The position numbers and the translations under genes are program-made. Of a stretch of DNA of 29,714 nucleotides, positions 1 to 7,266 are shown piece after piece. The stretch comes from a virus (taxonomy: Duplodnaviria > Caudoviricetes). Each line of letters opens with the position of its first letter. The stretch's first letter is position 1. The stretch covers positions 1-29,714 of the IMG/VR virus record IMGVR_UViG_3300020401_000065; one strand, 5' to 3'. The notes beneath the pieces were generated by a model. It did no database searches. It was not told the DNA's origin and worked only from the letters and a program-made list of their open reading frames with translations.

Positions 1-486
1 AAACCATGCACGAAGACCCTCTTCGCTCATGTTCTTTGGTTTTTTACCCTTCTTTTTCATGTCAATGGCAATCGCAGCCTGCTGTGCAGGATTTGCTGCT
101 TCATCAACTTCTTTGCTATCAAGATAATCTGCAGCAGTATCTAAGTAATCAGATGCCTTAGTTATCTTTGATTGAACCCATGCTTTGAAATTATCTTTTT
201 TACGAGAGTGTTTTTCAATGCGTTTAGATGCTCTACCTGCAGTCTTTAACTGATTACGAATCATTTCTGGTTCGTGATCTTTTTTACCTTCAGTAATTTT
301 TTTCTCAAGAGTATCTGCTTGTTTTGCATGACTCTTTACTGACTTTCTAAGTTGCTTGACAATTTTTTTAATTTGTTTGTCTTCTTTTACAAGAAAACCA
401 TCATCCTTAACGGTAAATCCATCAGGAATCGGTTTGCACTTTTGTTCAGTGTTACAATAGTAATATCCTTTTTTACAGGATTTCAT
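1..486 (-). CDS. Lys-rich modular hypothetical protein downstream of small terminase (3'-truncated by window; not in ORF track)
   Basis: ATG at 484-486 overlaps the gp16 stop (TAATG). The frame is open to base 1 (162 codons, my translation): MKSCKKGYYYCNTEQKCKPIPDGFTVKDDGFLVKEDKQIKKIVKQLRKSVKSHAKQADTLEKKITEGKKDHEPEMIRNQLKTAGRASKRIEKHSRKKDNFKAWVQSKITKASDYLDTAADYLDSKEVDEAANPAQQAAIAIDMKKKGKKPKNMSEEGLRAWF. Confidence 0.9.
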   Translation of the reverse strand, partial: MKSCKKGYYYCNTEQKCKPIPDGFTVKDDGFLVKEDKQIKKIVKQLRKSVKSHAKQADTLEKKITEGKKDHEPEMIRNQLKTAGRASKRIEKHSRKKDNFKAWVQSKITKASDYLDTAADYLDSKEVDEAANPAQQAAIAIDMKKKGKKPKNMSEEGLRAWF

Positions 487-923
487 TATTCTGCAGTTTT
501 TGAATCATTATTATTTAGAAAACCTTTCTTTAGCATTTTTGAAAGTTCTGTTGTTGATCCTACAAATAAAGCATTATTAGTAACATTTCCCTGTGCTTTT
601 GCCCCTTCTTCATCTAATTCTTTTACTTTCTTTTGAAGATCCATCAATTTATCAGTGCTATCTGCAACACTTTTAATTAATTGTCCTGCAACTTCATATG
701 CTCTTGGACTTGCAGTTTCACTTGCAACTTCCATGATTCCATTGATTGCTTCTTGACCTTTTTCAATTAAAGAATAAAGATTACCTCTTGTGTAACTGTA
801 ATCCTTTTTAATATCATCTTTTTTCAAAACTACATTCGGTAGTTCTGGTTTTTCGTTGTCTTTTTTAACGATAGATGTTTCTACATTTAAAGATTTTTCA
901 ATGTCATCAAAGTTTGTGTTCAT
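486..923 (-). CDS. gp16: Terminase small subunit (T4 gp16-like)
   Basis: 145 aa. Motifs DYSYTRGNLYSLIEKGQEAI, SPRAYEVAGQLIK and NNALFVGSTTELSKML are typical of T4-like gp16. Follows gp15. Confidence 0.95.
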   Translation of the reverse strand: MNTNFDDIEKSLNVETSIVKKDNEKPELPNVVLKKDDIKKDYSYTRGNLYSLIEKGQEAINGIMEVASETASPRAYEVAGQLIKSVADSTDKLMDLQKKVKELDEEGAKAQGNVTNNALFVGSTTELSKMLKKGFLNNNDSKTAE

Positions 924-1966
924 GAGTCTGTCCTTGTAGCAGGATTATATTGCAGTGAATCTGTAAATATGCTTGAAGTTTCGTTGAATCCGAAATCATC
1001 TCCTACTTCGATTAATGCATCGTCTGCTGTAGTTAATTTATTAACTTTTGAATTTTCAAGGTGTTCAGCCTTGATTGTTCGACTAAATCCTCTTTTCACA
1101 ACTAATGTTGTTGCGTCTTTTATTTCTTTCACTTGCATTATCTCACTATCAATAACAATTCGATCTCTAACAGCAAGTGCACTAGTATCATTTACATTAA
1201 TAATTACTTGAGATGTATTAATATTAAATGTTAATGTTGCAGTGTTATCACCATCATAATCTTTTCTTGCTTGAGGAGTAGTGACATATCTAAGTTCTCT
1301 TCTTGCATTCTCTCTATCCATAGTTGTATGATAATCCAACTGAACCTTTTTAATAATTCCTTCTGGAGTATCTGCAACTGGGCCAAATAGATATGTTTTT
1401 GCAGTAAAGTTTAAAGTGTATATTAATGCTCTTCTTGTTGCAAAATCTCCCTCATAATCATCTTGAAAAGATATATTATCTAATACAACACTAATATCTC
1501 TCTTCTCACCAATCACACTCACTAAATCAACACTTAAATTAAATGCAGGTTGGAAATATGGAAGTATCTGTTCTACAATTTGCAGACCATCATCATTTAA
1601 TTTTACTAATACATTTAATTCAAATCCAACGTTATATGGCACAGGCATGAATACCTTACGAAGATTAGTGCCATCTGATGCTTTAAATGTTTGAGTTATA
1701 CCTGCTTTTCTTGTCGCATCATACGTAATGTTAGTCATTTCAAATGACATTCGAGGCAATGTAATCTGTGTTGCCTTATTTAACTCAGGTTGTTGTTCAA
1801 TTCTTGCTAAAAACTTTTGCATTGGGCCATATGCCAGTGCAACTTTCATATCACTTATTTCTTTTCCCTTTTGATCTTTATGTCGAATATGAATATCATT
1901 AAACAGCGTACCAAATGCAATAACTGTCTTTCTAAGTATTTCGTGATAGTAATATGTTCCTAACAT
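920..1966 (-). CDS. gp15: Tail sheath stabilizer / tail terminator (T4 gp15-like) with a C-terminal insertion
   Basis: 348 aa. Motifs YYYHEILRKTVIAFGTLFN, TLPRMSFE, PVPYNVGFEL, QIVEQILPYFQP and DDYEGDF. Position between gp14 and gp16. Confidence 0.95.
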   Translation of the reverse strand: MLGTYYYHEILRKTVIAFGTLFNDIHIRHKDQKGKEISDMKVALAYGPMQKFLARIEQQPELNKATQITLPRMSFEMTNITYDATRKAGITQTFKASDGTNLRKVFMPVPYNVGFELNVLVKLNDDGLQIVEQILPYFQPAFNLSVDLVSVIGEKRDISVVLDNISFQDDYEGDFATRRALIYTLNFTAKTYLFGPVADTPEGIIKKVQLDYHTTMDRENARRELRYVTTPQARKDYDGDNTATLTFNINTSQVIINVNDTSALAVRDRIVIDSEIMQVKEIKDATTLVVKRGFSRTIKAEHLENSKVNKLTTADDALIEVGDDFGFNETSSIFTDSLQYNPATRTDS

Positions 1967-3645
1967 TAGAATGTACCAAATGGATTAGACTCCGCAAAAT
2001 CAATGATTGCATCTGCTTCAGTTTCAAACTCGTCGTTATCGCTGTAACTATCATATATATCTCTATCATCATATTCACGAATATTATATCCAGTAAATGT
2101 TGTGCTTCCAAATGATATTGTTTTGGTCGCACCACTAGTGTTAATACTCTTTTCACTCATATAAACATAACCATAATTACCGATTGAATGGACGGTAACT
2201 CCTGCACCAATAAATCCGGTTACGACACCAACTGAATCTCCAACATTTACATTTACTGTGTTACCGTAACCTACACTTAAAACAGATGATCCAGCAGATA
2301 CGTATACCGACCTTGTATAACGACTTATATGCTCAGTTTTATATAATCTTTGTCCTGTATCATCAACACCAATTTGAATTCTAAGTTCCTCACCCGGAAT
2401 GAATCCAGAAACAGTTGTTCCTATTCCAACATTCGATACTTTAAGAACTTTGGTATCCAAATCCCATTCCTTTACTCTAGCTTCAGTGATTGATTTTTGA
2501 CCAACAACTAAATCATTTAACTCAAAATTACCACGACCAGTAATAATATTTGGAGCTGCAAACGTTACTGTTGGTGCAATGTTACCATATCCTTCACCGG
2601 GATCTTTAACTCGAATAGATTGAATTTTGGCATTTGCACTATCAATAATCACATCACCTTTTGCTGCAACACCTCCAAATGGTGGTGCTGTGATATTAAT
2701 TAGCGGAACATCTGTATACCCAGTTCCTTCATCAGTAATAGTAAATTGTATAACACCTCTTGTCGAACTATTAATAGAGCATGTGGCAATAGCACCACTT
2801 CCTCCACCACCTACAATGTTAATATCAGGTGCCTGAGTATATCCAGCACCAGCATTTGTTAAAATAATTTCTTTGATGGAATGCACTCCACCTATACTTG
2901 TTGTAATCGCAACTGCTGATGCATCAACACCCTGTGCGTCCCTAGAAGTCGATATAAAGACTGTTGGGGGTGATGTATACCCTGTACCGTCGTTTAAGAC
3001 CGTCAGAGACCTTATATAACCCTTTCCGCTTATCACAGGTGATAATTGTGCAGATGCAGTCGCAGTTCGTCCTGTACCAACTAAATTAAGTGTGGTAATA
3101 AATCCTTGATCTTGAACCTGTGTATCAATTTCATGAATTGAAGTGTCAATAATTTCATTTTCATATTCAAAGAGTTCACATTGAAGTTCGTATGTGTAAT
3201 TTTTTTGAAGTTGATAAAAAGGTTTTTCATGCTCAACAAACTTTACTTCAAATAATCTTTGACCTAGAGGAAAATAAACTAAATCACCTTCACGCGGTCT
3301 TGATCCTAATTCATAGTCATCTGGATCTAAAAATGGAGCGATAAAATCTTCAAATCTCTCTCTTGATATTGTAAGTGTAACTTCATCACGTAAACTCACT
3401 CCAAATTTTGTCATTACATCACCAGCACCTGAATACCCCTCATAAGTATTCAAGTAAGCCTCAATACTAAAATTATCATCGAATCTAGATGATTGCACCT
3501 CTTCAATGATTGTTTGTTTATTTACAAATTTTCTTGGTATGTAAGTAACCTCTAACCCATAAATTTGCAACTGCTCATTTATGAGATTTTGAACTAATCT
3601 CTGTTCATCTTGGGATCCTTGTAGAAAAAATGGATTTAATGCCAT
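1966..3645 (-). CDS. gp14: Neck protein (T4 gp14-like), elongated by internal repeats
   Basis: 559 aa. MALNPFFLQGS start, RPREGDLVYFP, VEHEKPFYQL and C-terminal DFAESNPFG. Confidence 0.95.
   Translation of the reverse strand: MALNPFFLQGSQDEQRLVQNLINEQLQIYGLEVTYIPRKFVNKQTIIEEVQSSRFDDNFSIEAYLNTYEGYSGAGDVMTKFGVSLRDEVTLTISRERFEDFIAPFLDPDDYELGSRPREGDLVYFPLGQRLFEVKFVEHEKPFYQLQKNYTYELQCELFEYENEIIDTSIHEIDTQVQDQGFITTLNLVGTGRTATASAQLSPVISGKGYIRSLTVLNDGTGYTSPPTVFISTSRDAQGVDASAVAITTSIGGVHSIKEIILTNAGAGYTQAPDINIVGGGGSGAIATCSINSSTRGVIQFTITDEGTGYTDVPLINITAPPFGGVAAKGDVIIDSANAKIQSIRVKDPGEGYGNIAPTVTFAAPNIITGRGNFELNDLVVGQKSITEARVKEWDLDTKVLKVSNVGIGTTVSGFIPGEELRIQIGVDDTGQRLYKTEHISRYTRSVYVSAGSSVLSVGYGNTVNVNVGDSVGVVTGFIGAGVTVHSIGNYGYVYMSEKSINTSGATKTISFGSTTFTGYNIREYDDRDIYDSYSDNDEFETEADAIIDFAESNPFGTF
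2555..3075 (-). repeat. Four protein-level G-x-G-Y-x(3-4)-P repeats inside gp14 (approximate bounds)
   Basis: NDGTGYTSPPTVFI, NAGAGYTQAPDINI, DEGTGYTDVPLINI and DPGEGYGNIAPTVTF, spaced about 45-55 aa apart. Not obviously repeated at the DNA level. Confidence 0.8.
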
Positions 3646-3650
3646 ACATA

Positions 3651-4514
3651 TTACCCGATAAAATCAAGAGGAGGTAATTCATACTCTTCTTTAAGTTTTT
3701 GTAAGGCAAATTCAACATCCCTCATTCCATCCTCATATATTTCTCTACCATTTAATTCCAATCCACCGGGAAGTTTTGTTCCTCTAAATTTAATTAAATT
3801 CTGACCCCATTGTCTTTTTAACAATGCAGTAAAATACATTTTCAAGAACATATCATTGTAAATATCCTGATACTGATTTGGATCTAATACTCTAAGACAA
3901 TCAATAACAATAAAATCACCCTCTTTCAAAGAGTCGTAATTGATATCAATATATAATCTATTCTGCTGTTTATTAAATCTTATTTGTCTTTCTGGTGTTA
4001 ATAAGAAATCTATATCCTCTAAGTAACTCTTAACCATTGAGTATTGAAGAAGTTCAACTGAGTTAAAATAATATAGATCATTTAAAAATAATTGATATTT
4101 TATACTAAACATTCCTCCAGATATTGAACTGGAATCAAACTTAAAAATCTGTTGAATACCGATTACAGCATCTGGTACTTGAATAAAGTTTGAGTTCTCT
4201 GTAAACACTGAGGTTGTTGTTCCATAACCAGTGATACTTGTAGATACACCAGTTGTAGTTACGATACCAGTAGTTGTAGTAGAACTAGCACCTTGATTAG
4301 CCTTTCCTCTATCTATTTCATCCTGCGTAAATTTATGTTTGAGATACATTCTCTCAACACCATCAAAGTGTCTTTGTTGAAAGAACTGAATGGCATCATC
4401 AAGTAAATCTTCTACTTGTTCATCGGCAACATTAATCTCTAGCACAGGAGCACCAAGTCTCCTTTTTGCATAGTTAATTAATGCTCCTCGTGAATTTACT
4501 GAATGTCCAACCAT
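3651..4514 (-). CDS. gp13: Neck protein (T4 gp13-like)
   Basis: 287 aa. RRLGAPVLEINVADEQVED, HFDGVER, KRQWGQNLIKF, LPGGLELNG and C-terminal YELPPLDFIG. Confidence 0.95.
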   Translation of the reverse strand: MVGHSVNSRGALINYAKRRLGAPVLEINVADEQVEDLLDDAIQFFQQRHFDGVERMYLKHKFTQDEIDRGKANQGASSTTTTGIVTTTGVSTSITGYGTTTSVFTENSNFIQVPDAVIGIQQIFKFDSSSISGGMFSIKYQLFLNDLYYFNSVELLQYSMVKSYLEDIDFLLTPERQIRFNKQQNRLYIDINYDSLKEGDFIVIDCLRVLDPNQYQDIYNDMFLKMYFTALLKRQWGQNLIKFRGTKLPGGLELNGREIYEDGMRDVEFALQKLKEEYELPPLDFIG

Positions 4515-4726
4515 TACTCTGCTTCAACCTCTGATGCTAAATTTTCGTATTTTTCTTGCCATTCAAGTGCCTGTTGGGCTAACTTTGTTTTCTCATCATT
4601 AAAGTCAGTTAATACTGTTGTCAATTTTGCTTCCAAAAGAATATTTTGGTTTGTTAATGTAGCAATTTTTTGATTATAAAGTTTAATCAAAGTGTTCACA
4701 TCAACGTCATTATTTTGCATGTTCAT
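4514..4726 (-). CDS. Small coiled-coil protein, possibly a fibre assembly chaperone
   Basis: 70 aa with a heptad pattern (YNQKIATLTNQNILLEAKL). Its stop overlaps the gp13 ATG and it directly follows a fibre gene. The function is inferred. Confidence 0.75.
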   Translation of the reverse strand: MNMQNNDVDVNTLIKLYNQKIATLTNQNILLEAKLTTVLTDFNDEKTKLAQQALEWQEKYENLASEVEAE

Positions 4727-4738
4727 GATTTTAGATAA

Positions 4739-6439
4739 TTAGAAGACTCCTCCATCTATGGTTGTTGTCCAAACGGGTTTGTCTGTGTAAACTACAGTTG
4801 GTGCAGCACTAGGTGTAATACTGGTTGTAGTTCCATTCTTAAATAGATCTGCTGAGTTAGTGAATGTTCCTTGAACACCAATCAATGTTATTGATGTGGT
4901 GTTTGATGTTGTTTTTACAACACCCTGTTGAGATCCACCGCCTGAGGGCTGTGTGATTCTATCACCAGCAGTTACAGATAATGCACTTGGTAATGGAATC
5001 GTAACCTCAGTTACTGCTGTCAATACCTGTGTTGAGGTAAATGTAGCAGCACTTGGTGCATCAGATGATTTTTGTAAACCGTCACTATCAAAGTATACTA
5101 TACCATGAGTTGAAAAGTCACCTGTCTGATAATAGATACCTTTAATATCTAAGTTACCTCTGATTCCAGTAACAACTTCGTTAGTAACAGTTGCATCAGG
5201 GATATATGTAAAGGCTCTTGCTGGAGCACTACTATTTTCACCTGTGCTATCATTATATCCAAAGAAACCTGTTTTATTATTAGAAACTCCAGTGCTTGTA
5301 TTATAGTTGAAAGAAATACCACGATCAGTGTTAGTATCTTTCGCATGAGTGACGGTTAACTGAGCAGTTGTTGCAATACCTGCGGTGACGTTTGCACTTA
5401 AGGTTATTACTTTTGTACCACTGTTTATCGAACTAATTGTTGTATTATTAGGGATACTTGTTCCTGCAACTACGTCAGCAACTTGCAATCCAACAACTGA
5501 ATCTACTGTGATTGTGTTTGCACCACTAGAAACAGTGGCCATAACTGATCTAACACTTGTTACATCACCAACACGCATGATTGGATCATTAACTGTAACA
5601 TTAGTTGAGTTAACTGCTGTGGTGGTACCATCAACTTGTAAGTTACCTTTGATGATAACATCACCTTCATTACTCGTTCCACTTGGGAATGGATCAATGA
5701 AGATCTGATTTCCTCCACCTGCTAATGTTTCAATCTTATTTGAGTGAATACCAATATTACCTACAGTCAATGCAGCATCAGGAGGTAATATTATTCCACC
5801 AATGAATGTACCTACACCAGCAACATTTAAATCACCACCAATATTAACATTCTTCTCTACACCAAGTCCACCCTCAGTGACTATAGATCCAGTGTCTTTA
5901 TTATTTGATTGAGTAGGATCTTGTATGGTAAGTGCCACAGTATTACCATATACCCAGTCTGCACCTGATACCTGTATCTTATCTGTGCCATTCTCATCAT
6001 ATTCTATCTTAGCATCTTTACTATCACCAAATGTCAAGAATGTGTCATCAGGAATGACTATCTCACCACTACCATTTGGATCAATATTTATATCTGCATC
6101 TGTTGTCTGCGAAGATAAAGTATTACCATCTAATCTTAAATCGTCTACATTCCACTGATCAACCTTTCTATTTTGATCTACTATTGCTACAAAACCATTT
6201 GATGCAGCAGCAGGGTTAGTTGTTCCTGCAACTAATCCGGGGGCATGTGCCATCAAATCGGTGTAATATTTACCACCAATAACATCTATATTACTAGGAG
6301 ATGCATCATCACCTATAAACAGTCTTTCACCCTTATTGGCTTGGGTTCCAGCACCAATTGTTATTGCTAATTCACCGAAGTTTAGACTCGTTGGGGCAGT
6401 TGCACCAGTCGATCTTTTTACTCGTATTATACTTGCCAT
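4739..6439 (-). CDS. Tail fibre / whisker-like virion structural protein
   Basis: 566 aa. N-terminal IRVKRSTGATAPTSLNFGELA and GERLFIGD...IGGKYY anchor typical of phage fibres, beta-rich GNLQVDGTTTAVNST and GSIVTEGGLGVEKNVNIGG segments, and C-terminal IDGGVF. Confidence 0.75.
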   Translation of the reverse strand: MASIIRVKRSTGATAPTSLNFGELAITIGAGTQANKGERLFIGDDASPSNIDVIGGKYYTDLMAHAPGLVAGTTNPAAASNGFVAIVDQNRKVDQWNVDDLRLDGNTLSSQTTDADINIDPNGSGEIVIPDDTFLTFGDSKDAKIEYDENGTDKIQVSGADWVYGNTVALTIQDPTQSNNKDTGSIVTEGGLGVEKNVNIGGDLNVAGVGTFIGGIILPPDAALTVGNIGIHSNKIETLAGGGNQIFIDPFPSGTSNEGDVIIKGNLQVDGTTTAVNSTNVTVNDPIMRVGDVTSVRSVMATVSSGANTITVDSVVGLQVADVVAGTSIPNNTTISSINSGTKVITLSANVTAGIATTAQLTVTHAKDTNTDRGISFNYNTSTGVSNNKTGFFGYNDSTGENSSAPARAFTYIPDATVTNEVVTGIRGNLDIKGIYYQTGDFSTHGIVYFDSDGLQKSSDAPSAATFTSTQVLTAVTEVTIPLPSALSVTAGDRITQPSGGGSQQGVVKTTSNTTSITLIGVQGTFTNSADLFKNGTTTSITPSAAPTVVYTDKPVWTTTIDGGVF

Positions 6440-6670
6440 TTAGAAGTTTCCTCCATTGATATCCAAATTTTGTACCGCACCGGGTGTAAGTTCAAGAGTC
6501 CCAGTCCATTTAGTTGTCGAGGCATCATATACAAGAACCATACCATTTTGAGGATTGGTAATTGATACGTCAGATAAACCAGCTAAGGTTCCACTAACAT
6601 TTCCTGCCAAAGACGAAACGACTTTGACTGCATTTTGCGTACCAACTCTAACTTTAATGGGATCGGACAT
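6440..6670 (-). CDS. Small fibre-associated structural protein
   Basis: 76 aa. One copy of the LxxLSDV...GxVLVYD...KW unit seen in phage fibres. Ends INGGNF and has a strong SD upstream. Confidence 0.8.
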   Translation of the reverse strand: MSDPIKVRVGTQNAVKVVSSLAGNVSGTLAGLSDVSITNPQNGMVLVYDASTTKWTGTLELTPGAVQNLDINGGNF

Positions 6671-6672
6671 GT

Positions 6673-6680
6673 ACCTCCTT
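6673..6680 (-). promoter_or_regulatory. Shine-Dalgarno sequence of the 76-aa gene
   Basis: The - strand reads AAGGAGGT-AC-ATG. The match is perfect but the spacing is short. Confidence 0.65.
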
Positions 6681-6682
6681 AA

Positions 6683-7033
6683 TTAATCCTCTCTAGTGCA
6701 TGCTCCACGCACTAAAACAGAACCTTCAACCACTCTTGTCACTTCACCTGCTGTATCTTTAAGAAGAACGTCATACTGATATCTTCCGGGATTTAATTGA
6801 CCAGTGATAGCACTAGTTAATCCCACTTGAATAATACCTGCATTAGCATCAGTAATAGAGCATGTAAACGTTGCAGCAGCTCCTATACTAGAAAAATGTT
6901 TTCTCATTTTACTAGTAACTTTGAAACCAGAAATTTGAAGGGCTGAGTTTGATGAAACATTCTCAAGTTCAAATTTTTGTGTGAACGTTGACCCTTGGTT
7001 GATTACTAGGTTGCTGACATATACTGCTGCCAT
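6683..7033 (-). CDS. Conserved small virion protein, probable beta-sandwich
   Basis: 116 aa. NLVINQGSTF, SKMRKH, PGRYQYDVLL and TRVVEGSVLV form a pattern I recognise from T4-like cyanophage fibre loci. A late promoter lies upstream. Confidence 0.8.
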   Translation of the reverse strand: MAAVYVSNLVINQGSTFTQKFELENVSSNSALQISGFKVTSKMRKHFSSIGAAATFTCSITDANAGIIQVGLTSAITGQLNPGRYQYDVLLKDTAGEVTRVVEGSVLVRGACTRED

Positions 7034-7053
7034 CTAACAATAATAATGATGAT

Positions 7054-7266
7054 CTATGATTTATTTATACTATTTTTCTTTATCAATTCACCAAGGAGTG
7101 ATTTGATTTCATCTATTTCAGATCTCAACCGTTCAATCTCAGATTTTTGTGATTGATTCCGGTTCTTAGACTTTTTGTACTGAGCGTATCCAGTGGTGTC
7201 ACAATTAATGATAGCACCAGATTTTTCATCTCTATAAAGATTTTTGTGACCCTCAACTCTTATCAT
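7054..7266 (-). CDS. Conserved hypothetical protein with C-terminal coiled coil
   Basis: 70 aa. RVEGHKNLYRDEKSGAIIN followed by EIERLRSEIDEIKSLL. ATGA overlap with the stop of the 2403-aa gene. Confidence 0.85.
   Translation of the reverse strand: MIRVEGHKNLYRDEKSGAIINCDTTGYAQYKKSKNRNQSQKSEIERLRSEIDEIKSLLGELIKKNSINKS
7062..7069 (-). promoter_or_regulatory. T4-type (gp55 sigma) late promoter TATAAATA
   Basis: + strand tatttata at 7062-7069, 28 nt upstream of the ATG at 7033, within the last codons of the upstream gene. Confidence 0.8.

Noticed and set aside
6085-6092. Third perfect TATAAATA on the - strand
   Set aside because: It lies inside the 566-aa gene (codons for DINI), more than 1.3 kb from the next start. 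It is plausible as chance in AT-rich DNA, though not excluded.
4739-6439. Fibre as the target of a diversity-generating retroelement
   Set aside because: There is no reverse transcriptase, no template/variable repeat pair and no C-type-lectin-like C-terminus in the window.
6437-6442. In-frame TAA-ATG as programmed read-through fusing the 76-aa and 566-aa proteins
   Set aside because: TAA is a tight stop, I see no stimulatory structure, and both ORFs have complete-looking termini.
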